From Patescibacteria group bacterium (GTDB taxonomy: Bacteria > Patescibacteriota > JAQUNI01), in the NCBI GenBank assembly GCA_028717685.1, contig JAQUNI010000001.1:633329-697328 (forward strand): 64,000 nt of DNA, given 5' to 3'. Under the pieces are notes generated by a model. That model saw nothing but the letters and a program-made list of their open reading frames with translations. It searched no databases and was not told where the DNA came from. The translations under genes were made by a program, and so were the position numbers. Shown here in pieces: positions 29,601 to 36,498 of the stretch (the first letter of the stretch is position 1; each line of letters opens with the position of its first letter).

Positions 29601-30228
29601 ATCGTTAGCTTGTTCCGACAGGTATGCCAATGTTAAAAAAGCTAGTTGGCAATCAATTTACTTGCTTAATCGCCACAATCCAGCGAAAGCAGAGGAAAGC
29701 ATTGCAATCTTGATGCGTTCCCGCAATCTTTCTGATGCTGAGGTAAAAAATATTCCGTCTGAATTACTAAAGGTAGTGAGCATTACGGCTGGAAAAGTTA
29801 ACAGCGATTTAGTTGACTTGCTTAAAATTTTTGGGCAAGAGCTAGATCTTGATCAAAATTGGCATAGCGACCAAATCAAGCTTATCAAGGGTGCGATTGC
29901 TGCGATAGATCATTTGGCCAAGGGTGAAATAGATCAATTGTTAAGATTGGCAAAGTTGGTTATAGAAAAGAATTTTTTTCTTTTTTATAATAGGGTTTTT
30001 AGGATTTTGGCAAAAAATATCAAATTTTTAACCGTTGATCATTTTGGAAGTTTAGCGCCAATAATTCCGGATTTAGTCTTTGATTCCAATGATGTGACGA
30101 AACAAGTCGGAATGATGCTGGTTGAAAATTTGCGTTTAGCTTACCCTGTTTTAGGAGAAACGAATCAAGCTATGACAGGGAATGTTTTACAAGATGTTAA
30201 GAATAGGATAATCACTGGAAATTTTTAG
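26620..30228 (+). CDS. Large hypothetical protein (about 1200 aa) with internal repeats; no recognised catalytic motif
   Basis: ATG at 26620 preceded by AAGGAG, in frame with ORF 26596. At least four copies of an RILG-SS-R..LN.IFPD-F..L-like module. No Walker A motif found. Confidence 0.6.
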   Translation: MVKGDVDRVKGYIDSGLIDPVKIAQEIEGLPALQVAYIIDTYDLMPSTIERGELYESDSFIDLAMKTPGILEDTRFEILARFHENYAAKLFAEGLKLYLDSQEGTIFEFNKDTEIDPTKPISFVRITYRPNKGIELKYLNGNAPSKGFYTVYLGNNYTVVFDNSVFNNRKAVFEELSSIFLSRKITFVDCSQEELNVVQQLESAFLLASVGRTPVSCRFKESFLIEWLSWQGKRQLAREEVKLLARLLREKNLSIMTPARIKLYKASKGQYDRRLLTDIFFRKEEPKKMVSNINCLMNFNMDLAGIKGPIEKAPFHILAQDVPIKVAPLKGSISCASYLMKFYPGYGVLDQSKSIMVLDELSREKRSRLYLSFFYDPESPLYKAHSAFSNEVSKQLRERGLDNARKLIQAYIVRNKMRIEDIKAEDIAFLFSGGSTFSLCGIKIPHRTRLIMNKIFPDEYGRLSLESGEELFSLDNEGLIGIRKRAYFDDGADDADIYTSDELKRIKERFRENSKMAIKCYLALHPEKSLDLLSQGDLTAISAKMLRILGGSSVRVCLNRLMPDQFLILDEEKSLHYLMAKDRDKFSLARRYIPDYYHIVEEEPDNSQILYDEHDIAVIRERTIENLRTLVKTLLKFKGFRFVEELGRHNTEGLIDLRILGNAFPSRVDGSNNFIASTRKLFFNDYGVLTEEKYRYWKHQATGPKKRYLSNVFFMDPDLEDGWTKEEIEVIKSQSKKNAILALKLYMQEEGILDIHNITKEMLIKGVGKQPLLRILGVSSFRSILNEIFPDDFAVLTQNGVKNYFSSSTTQKQALNYSYFGTNADGGLERYAEISGLNKKWVSNAIVMFLEFLRVNRLSWKVFGDDGSLHSDITFTLPDSVFRIFKTDNHHFMWIKEQIAPFLHPIEDTEAFYWINLAETVNLVKFWQLDDLKNTNRIQDVPLQLRARIAAKVFEHGYPFISNQRNMLAADSKALLLANLDSISDQLDGIEKVLSLACSDRYANVKKASWQSIYLLNRHNPAKAEESIAILMRSRNLSDAEVKNIPSELLKVVSITAGKVNSDLVDLLKIFGQELDLDQNWHSDQIKLIKGAIAAIDHLAKGEIDQLLRLAKLVIEKNFFLFYNRVFRILAKNIKFLTVDHFGSLAPIIPDLVFDSNDVTKQVGMMLVENLRLAYPVLGETNQAMTGNVLQDVKNRIITGNF

Positions 30229-30254
30229 GTTTCCAGTGATTCAGGAGGTTTAAG

Positions 30255-31136
30255 ATGGGCAGCACAATAATGAGCGGTTCTTTGATGAAATTAATTGATG
30301 CAACACTGGAAGAGGCAGAAAGAAGAAATGCGCTTTTAAAGTTTCGGGGGGAACATGGATTGGGAATAAAGCTAGTAAAGAGGAAATATTTACTTGAAGC
30401 TTTAGAAAGCTTAAATGCAAATGCAATGTCGGTTGTTCTTAACGAACAGCTGTTAGAAATTATTAAGTCATTTTGGGCGTGCATTATAGATCCTTTAATG
30501 AGAACAGGGTCTATTCTAGGCCACCATTTGGACTTTTTGCGCAATGAAGTAAAGCTTACAGCTACGATCGGCATCAAGGCTATATGTTTTATTCAAGAAA
30601 AATATGAACCACCAGAAGTTTTAGTGGACTTATATTTCAATGAAAAAAACAAAGAAGGCGTAGAAGCTAAGATCAATAAGCTCGGCGAATTGGTTTTTAT
30701 TGACCCTGATATTAATAGGTTGTGGCCAATAAATATTCGCAGGGTTATCCAGGCTTCGGTCTTAGCTTATTATCTTGTATTAGTTTGTCCTGGAATATGC
30801 AAAGAGTCACCTAGCGGCGATGATGATGAAAAGGACAATGAAAAACGAGAGCAAAAAAAGAAACGGAAGGGAGTAATAAATTTCCGAAGGGCGCATTTAC
30901 GCACATTGCCAGAAGGTTATGTCGCCTCAGCACGCCAGTTGGCACTAGCTATCTCTTCTGGAAAATATAGCGAAGAAGAGATTGAACATATAGTGCAAGA
31001 GGGAAGGCACCAAACTTTTGTGAAGGAATTTTCAAAAGAGGATAGCGACCTTCCGAATATAGATCCTAGAAAGTTATTTAGTAAAATTTCCCCAATAAAA
31101 TTTCTAAATGCTTATTTAGATTTAACGGGAGGTTGA
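30255..31136 (+). CDS. Hypothetical protein (293 aa), co-operonic with the 1210-aa gene
   Basis: Starts 27 nt after the upstream stop with GGAGG upstream. K/E-rich linker. No recognised domain. Confidence 0.5.
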   Translation: MGSTIMSGSLMKLIDATLEEAERRNALLKFRGEHGLGIKLVKRKYLLEALESLNANAMSVVLNEQLLEIIKSFWACIIDPLMRTGSILGHHLDFLRNEVKLTATIGIKAICFIQEKYEPPEVLVDLYFNEKNKEGVEAKINKLGELVFIDPDINRLWPINIRRVIQASVLAYYLVLVCPGICKESPSGDDDEKDNEKREQKKKRKGVINFRRAHLRTLPEGYVASARQLALAISSGKYSEEEIEHIVQEGRHQTFVKEFSKEDSDLPNIDPRKLFSKISPIKFLNAYLDLTGG

Positions 31137-31419
31137 GTTTTCTGGGTTATTCTGAAAAAGAATAACCCTTTTTATTACTAAAATTTTAAAACAGACCGTG
31201 CTTTTTTTGTATTTATTTTTAATTGTTTAAATATATTTAGCTTCCACGAAAGAAAGATTTTTGAATTCTCCTGTAATTTTGTCCCAATCCGTCAAAATAG
31301 AGGAGGTTTAGAATAGTTTTTTTGTTTGCCGAAAGTAGGTTATAATAAAAAAGATATCCCCTTCAAGTTTGCTGCGGCTGGGTAATTTGTTAGTATATTG
31401 GAGACAAAAATCAAGGTGT

Positions 31420-32772
31420 ATGAAACAACAATTAGCAAAATTAATTCCGGCTGGCAGCGTAATTTTGGGAATTACTACTTTAATCTCGTATTTATTAGGA
31501 TTGGTTCGCGATCACTATTTCGCTCAAATCTTTGGCGCTTCAAGGGCTCTTGACGCTTATAACGCCGCTTTTTTGATTCCTGATTTGTTATTTAATATTT
31601 TGGTGGCGAGCGGGATTGCCGCGGCTTTTATCCCGATTTTTACCGAGCTTTTGAAACTTGACGCGGAGCGGGCTTTAAAATACGCAAACTCAGTTATTAC
31701 CGCCGCTATCGGATCAATGATCATTATTTCGGTAATTATTATTATTTTTGCCGGTCCGATTAGCGCGTTAGTGGTCCCGGGGTTTAATCTGACGGATCGC
31801 GCGCTGGTGGCTAAAATTCTTCGCCTCTTGGCTCTATCGCCCATATTTTTTGGAGTCTCAAACGCTATCGGCGCTATGTTAGTAACTAAACGGCGTTTTC
31901 TTTTTTATGGCTTGTCTCCGGTTTTATATAATTTAGGAATAATCGGCGGCACAATTTTTCTCGCGCCGCATTTCGGAATTATGGGCGTGGCATTAGGCAC
32001 TGTCGGCGGCGCATTTTTACATCTCGCAGCCAGATTTTTTGACGCGCGGCGGTCAGGTTTTGTTTTTAGTTTAAAATATTCTTTTGGGACCGCGGAGTTT
32101 AAACAAACTCTCAAATTAATGTTGCCGAAAATGCTTGGCCATCCGATGGAGCTCATTACTTTTTGGGCGTTTACAGCTATTAGTTCTACTTTAATTCCCG
32201 GTTCGGTAGCGGTGATGAGTTTTGCCCGAAATTTTGAAAGTGTTCCAGTTAGTTTAATTGGTATTACTATTGCCACAACCACCTTCCCGATTTTAGCGAT
32301 GACGATTGCCGACCGTTCGATTGAACGTTTCCGCAAAATTTTAAGAAATTCTTTTTTGTTAATATTTTTTACCAGTATCGCCGCCGCCTGCGCTACCTTT
32401 TGGATAAAAGAACCCTTGGTTCGGATTGCTTTGGGAGGGGGAGCGTTTCAGGCGAGTGATATTGCCAGAACCTCGGCGACTTTAGGGATGTTTGCTTTAG
32501 CCATACCGACCGAAGCCTCGATTCAGCTTTTGGCGCGCGCTTTTTACGCTACAAAAAACACGATCATTCCGGTCGCGTTAAGTATTGTCGGGCTTATTAT
32601 TTCAGTTGGCGGCGCCTATTTATTGGTTCCGCGCTATGAGATTTTAGCTTTGCCTTTAGGATTTTTTATCGGCAGCGCGGTAGAATTAATTTTGTTGATC
32701 TTCTTAATTTTGATTAGGACTCGGCAATTATTCAGCCATATTCCCAAAAATGAACAACCGTTGTTGCAGTAA
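31420..32772 (+). CDS. murJ: Lipid II flippase MurJ
   Basis: LGLVRDHYFAQIFGASRALDAYNAAFLIPDLLFNILVAS... is the MurJ/MviN N-terminal signature. 14 TM helices. ATG at 31420 after AAGGTG. Confidence 0.85.
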   Translation: MKQQLAKLIPAGSVILGITTLISYLLGLVRDHYFAQIFGASRALDAYNAAFLIPDLLFNILVASGIAAAFIPIFTELLKLDAERALKYANSVITAAIGSMIIISVIIIIFAGPISALVVPGFNLTDRALVAKILRLLALSPIFFGVSNAIGAMLVTKRRFLFYGLSPVLYNLGIIGGTIFLAPHFGIMGVALGTVGGAFLHLAARFFDARRSGFVFSLKYSFGTAEFKQTLKLMLPKMLGHPMELITFWAFTAISSTLIPGSVAVMSFARNFESVPVSLIGITIATTTFPILAMTIADRSIERFRKILRNSFLLIFFTSIAAACATFWIKEPLVRIALGGGAFQASDIARTSATLGMFALAIPTEASIQLLARAFYATKNTIIPVALSIVGLIISVGGAYLLVPRYEILALPLGFFIGSAVELILLIFLILIRTRQLFSHIPKNEQPLLQ

Positions 32773-32775
32773 GTT

Positions 32776-33576
32776 TTAGTTCGGGTAAACAACTATAATG
32801 GCTTTGCGGCCAGTGGGGATATCTTTCTCTAATTCTAAATTGTTTAATTCGCCGCCGCCAAAAGGCGCGTCGTGAACAGCGTTATATAGAACATTAGCGT
32901 TGTAAACATAATTGTAGCCTCTTCTTGTGCCGACATCATTGGTAATAAAGTTGCCATCTTTAGTTATACCTTTAACCACGATCATATGATAAATCGGTCC
33001 GGGTTGGCGATAAAACGGATTGTTGACCATGCGGCCAGCTAAGGGCACGATGACTGGACGGCCGGCAATTATTTGCGTTTTAATATCTTCCAGAGAAATA
33101 TCATAATCGACATCTACCCGTTTATAACCAAAATATTCTTTTAGTATTTGTCCGGTTTCTTTGGCGGTGGTATGTTCGTAATAGCCAAAGGTTTTATTTT
33201 CCCAATCTACTATTTTAAGAATTTCTTGTTTGGCAATTGCCGGAGTAAGCTTTTCGTGTTTGTAAAAGCGGTCAACTAAAAGAGCCGAGGTTTCTTCGCA
33301 GGCTTCTCCATATGGCAAACTCCAATCTTTATATGGCGCTTGGGCGGAAAAGGGCACAGCTAAGTTTATGCCGGCAAATTTAGTGGAGGTGGCGGCAATG
33401 GGCGACGTTGAAACATTTTCAACCTCTGTTGGCAATTGGCGTTTCTCCAATTCCAGAATAAGGTCTCGAATATTGCTGCGAAAATAAAAAGCCGAAATCC
33501 CGACAACTATCAATGCCCCCGCGGTTATTAATATTTTTTTCATACTATTTATTATACAATATTTATATAATATCAA
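32776..33576 (-). CDS. Membrane-anchored peptidase C39-like domain protein
   Basis: N-terminal TM helix. C39-like (PF13529-type) pattern with Cys (EACEETSALLV) and His (PIYHMIVVKG) segments. Confidence 0.55.
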   Translation of the reverse strand: MILYKYCIINSMKKILITAGALIVVGISAFYFRSNIRDLILELEKRQLPTEVENVSTSPIAATSTKFAGINLAVPFSAQAPYKDWSLPYGEACEETSALLVDRFYKHEKLTPAIAKQEILKIVDWENKTFGYYEHTTAKETGQILKEYFGYKRVDVDYDISLEDIKTQIIAGRPVIVPLAGRMVNNPFYRQPGPIYHMIVVKGITKDGNFITNDVGTRRGYNYVYNANVLYNAVHDAPFGGGELNNLELEKDIPTGRKAIIVVYPN

Positions 33577-33641
33577 ACAATATTAAGCCCACGCATTTCG
33601 CATTCTGATGCCGTTATGATAAAGGCAATCGCAGAATCAAA

Positions 33642-34169
33642 ATGCGTAGCCCCAATAACCTTATTATGAACAAGCATTTAAAAGTTAAATCTTTCCAGGA
33701 AACTTTAAACGCTGGCATGTGCGGGCCGGCTAGTTTAAAGATATTATTTAGTTATTATGGGATAAATAAGACAGAAAAAGAATTAGCCAAGATGATTGGA
33801 TGGGATAAAGATCTAGGGGTAGATGATAAAGGAATCAAACAGGTGGCAGAAACACTGGGTTTTAAGGTAAAAATAAAGAATAATAGCAGCTTCGGAGATA
33901 TTGAGAACTGGCTAAATAAAGGCGTGCCAGTTATTGTGGACTGGTTCACGCGAGGCAGATCTGACTATCCTGATTCGGAAACAGCCGATGGACATTATTC
34001 GGTTGTAGCCGGTTTGGATAATAAATTTATTTATCTTCAGGATCCGGAGATTGGAAAAATAAGAAAAATAAAAAGGTATGATTTTATGAGAGTATGGTTT
34101 GATTTTAAAGGGGACTATATTCAGAAAAATAAATTGATAATTAGACAGTTAATAGTAATTTATCGCTAA
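33642..34169 (+). CDS. Peptidase C39-like domain protein
   Basis: NAGMCGPASLKILFSYYG...DGHYSVVAGLD are classic C39-like Cys and His motifs. Confidence 0.7.
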   Translation: MRSPNNLIMNKHLKVKSFQETLNAGMCGPASLKILFSYYGINKTEKELAKMIGWDKDLGVDDKGIKQVAETLGFKVKIKNNSSFGDIENWLNKGVPVIVDWFTRGRSDYPDSETADGHYSVVAGLDNKFIYLQDPEIGKIRKIKRYDFMRVWFDFKGDYIQKNKLIIRQLIVIYR

Positions 34170-34262
34170 TAAGATGTTTGGAAAGTATCGTTTTTCCGAG
34201 AGCGCAAATATAGTAACTCCCAAAATACTAGGACCTAAATCCGAAGAACTATTAAGAATAAA

Positions 34263-34301
34263 TTTGGGGTCAAGTCTTAAAGCTTGACCTTTTTTTATTT
34301 T
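34263..34301 (+). terminator. Family-B conserved terminator copy 2
   Basis: TTTGGGGTCAAGTCTTAAAGCTTGACCTTTTTTTATTTT with a perfect 7-bp GGTCAAG/CTTGACC stem. Confidence 0.7.
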
Positions 34302-34373
34302 AAATTATAAAATCGCCAGAAGGGCGATTTTTTGGTAAAATAAAAAAGAGTTCATTAAAATAAAAACAAATTT

Positions 34374-34832
34374 ATGCATTTAAAAGTAAGATACATTTTT
34401 ATCCTTGCCCTTTCGGTCATTTTTATAGGAATTGGCATATATATTTTGTTTTCAAAGACAAAAAAGGAGTCTTCTAAAACTCCAGAGAGGACTCAAATTA
34501 TTTGGGTATTGGAAAAAGCGGGCGAAGATAAGGAGACAGGAGCGCCGCTTACGAGAGTAAAAGTAGATTTCAAAGGTGAAATCAATAAAGGATATGACGC
34601 GGGGGTTTATGCCGGAAACTGTTTTGAGATTGCCAAATCTGAATGGGAACTCTTAGAAAATGAAGTTTCGGGAGTGATTTGCTGGTGGGCAGGCGGGGGA
34701 GATGAAATCGGTATTTTTCAGGAGGATGACAAATTGGTTATCAAACACGGGACACTGAGCGCGGGTGGTCCTGCCACAGAAGATGAGCCAGCCATACCGA
34801 ATTTTAGAGGCGACTTTGAAAAACTTTTTTGA
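34374..34832 (+). CDS. Membrane-anchored hypothetical protein
   Basis: N-terminal TM helix then a roughly 120 aa soluble domain. Confidence 0.4.
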   Translation: MHLKVRYIFILALSVIFIGIGIYILFSKTKKESSKTPERTQIIWVLEKAGEDKETGAPLTRVKVDFKGEINKGYDAGVYAGNCFEIAKSEWELLENEVSGVICWWAGGGDEIGIFQEDDKLVIKHGTLSAGGPATEDEPAIPNFRGDFEKLF

Positions 34833-34882
34833 AATGAAAGTAAGACCTGTTTTTTAACCCCAATAAAAAGAAGCATTATTTT

Positions 34883-35626
34883 ATGAAGAGAATTTATCTT
34901 TTATTTTTTTTAGTTATTATAATTGCCGTCATTGTTTTATTAGTTTATATTTTTTTTCAAAAGCCAAAATCATCCTTGCCGCAAAACAATCTCCCCACGG
35001 TTTCAACCAGCGAGCCAAGGCAGAAAAATAATTCGCCATCAGTTTCAAACACAGAGCCAGCGCCGCAACAAACCCAACCCAAAAATGCAAATGTCGGAGA
35101 TACTGGCAAAGGAAGTGCAAGTATTTTTCAACCTCCTTTGGATAGAGCAGGGGAAAGGGTACTTAAGAAAAAGTTTGGTATGTATATCACTCCTCAAAAT
35201 TCGCCAGTGCAGCCGGAAAGATTTCAAGGATATCACACGGGAGTTGACTTTGAAATTTTTCCCGAGGAGTTAAACGCAGAGGTCCAAGTCCACGCGGTTT
35301 GTTCAGGAGAACTCAAGCTGAAAAAATACGCGTCTGGTTATGGAGGAGTCGCAGTTCAGGCTTGCGAATTAGATAAAGATCCGATAACTGTGGTCTATGG
35401 ACACTTGAAATTGTCTGGTATCGCTGCTGATGTTGAAACAAATATTAATGTTGGCGAAATAATTGGGATTCTAGGAGCTAATAGAAGCGTGGAGACAGAT
35501 GGTGAACGCAAACATTTACATTTAGGTTTTCATAAAGGAACAGCGATAGATATTCGAGGTTATGTGAGTTCGGAGGCAGAACTCGCTAACTGGATTGATC
35601 CCTGCCTTTATGTTTGTCATAATTAG
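34883..35626 (+). CDS. Peptidase M23 (LytM-type) family protein
   Basis: HTGVDFEI...GYGGVAVQ...VVYGHLKL...HLHLGFH are M23 metallopeptidase motifs. N-terminal TM helix. Confidence 0.8.
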   Translation: MKRIYLLFFLVIIIAVIVLLVYIFFQKPKSSLPQNNLPTVSTSEPRQKNNSPSVSNTEPAPQQTQPKNANVGDTGKGSASIFQPPLDRAGERVLKKKFGMYITPQNSPVQPERFQGYHTGVDFEIFPEELNAEVQVHAVCSGELKLKKYASGYGGVAVQACELDKDPITVVYGHLKLSGIAADVETNINVGEIIGILGANRSVETDGERKHLHLGFHKGTAIDIRGYVSSEAELANWIDPCLYVCHN

Positions 35627-35644
35627 AGCTATAAATTTTAAAAA

Positions 35645-35684
35645 GTTTGGGGTCAGGTCTAAAAAATTTAACCTCTTTTTTATT
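35645..35684 (+). terminator. Family-B element copy 3 (stem degenerate)
   Basis: TTTGGGGTCAGGTCTAAAAAATTTAACCTCTTTTTTATTT. The sequence is conserved but the 3' arm is mutated (TAACC for TGACC). Confidence 0.5.
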
Positions 35685-35742
35685 TGTTGGCTCCACAGCC
35701 TTCGCTAACGCTTAAGACTATGGAGCCAACAACTGACATCTA

Positions 35743-35771
35743 AAATGGCTTACTTAAGCTATTTTTGGTTT
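35743..35771. promoter_or_regulatory. Family-A palindrome copy 3 upstream of a TTGACA promoter
   Basis: AAAATGGCTTACTTAAGCTATTTTTGGTT, then TTGACA at 35785. Confidence 0.55.
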
Positions 35772-35995
35772 TGAATAGTAAATATTGACAAAAAGTAGAT
35801 AGTATGCTATTCTATGAGCATAGTTCTTTGTAAATGAGACTTACCGAAATTTTACCGATTTTCCTTATTTTACCTCTGCTATTTCAGAGATTTAATTATT
35901 TTAGATGCCTGAAATGGCAGAGGTTAGTTTTGTCCATCTGTTGTCGCGTAAATTTAGTTGTAATAGTAAATGGGATAAAACCCAAGGAGAGAAAG

Positions 35996-36292
35996 ATGAA
36001 GATATTAAAGTTTTTAGCAATAGCAGTGACATTTTTGTTGGGTATTGTTTTTGCGATTTTTACAGTATTATTAGGGATAGGATATTTATCCATGGTTTTT
36101 ACTGGTACCCACTTATCTGCCGAAGAGCAGACAGAAATCTTGCTTATGGGTCTGCCAATATCTGCTTCCTGTTTGGGATTGGGGTATGTCTCTTATGGAT
36201 TTTTCTCTTTTTTCCACTGGTTGCGGAAACGTTGGTTTCAGGTGAACAGAGAGGAGAAATTTGGGGTCAGGACATTTGGGGTCAGGTTTTGA
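35996..36292 (+). CDS. Small membrane protein, hypothetical
   Basis: ATG at 35996 after GGAGAGAAAG, in frame with ORF 35834. Three TM helices. The 3' end overlaps family-B copy 4. Confidence 0.4.
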   Translation: MKILKFLAIAVTFLLGIVFAIFTVLLGIGYLSMVFTGTHLSAEEQTEILLMGLPISASCLGLGYVSYGFFSFFHWLRKRWFQVNREEKFGVRTFGVRF

Positions 36293-36313
36293 AACTTGAC
36301 CTCTTTTTTTATT
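36259..36313 (+). terminator. Family-B conserved terminator copy 4 with internal duplication
   Basis: ATTTGGGGTCAGG occurs twice in tandem, then TTTTGAAACTTGACCTCTTTTTTTATTT. Confidence 0.6.
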
Positions 36314-36498
36314 TCTAAATTTCATTATCCCTTCGGTAAACTTAGGGTAAGCACCTTCGGCTTCACTCAAGGCAAGCATCATTTATCCAAGCGGGAAAAG
36401 TTTTACAAACCGAGCTATCTGTTCGGAAGTTTTTTTATAAAGCGAATTGCCAAAAAGGCGAATTTTTTGTAAAATAAAATAAAATAATACAAATATTT

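Noticed and set aside
31557-32336. Two minus-strand ORFs (95 and 143 aa) inside murJ
   Set aside because: They are shadow ORFs antisense to murJ with low-complexity products.
36255-36292. Duplicated ATTTGGGGTCAGG within the last codons of CDS 35996-36292, possibly coding repeats
   Set aside because: The repeat is the 5' part of a family-B terminator element intruding into the gene's 3' end. The C-terminal FGVRTFGVRF residues are probably a consequence of the element and not a functional peptide repeat.
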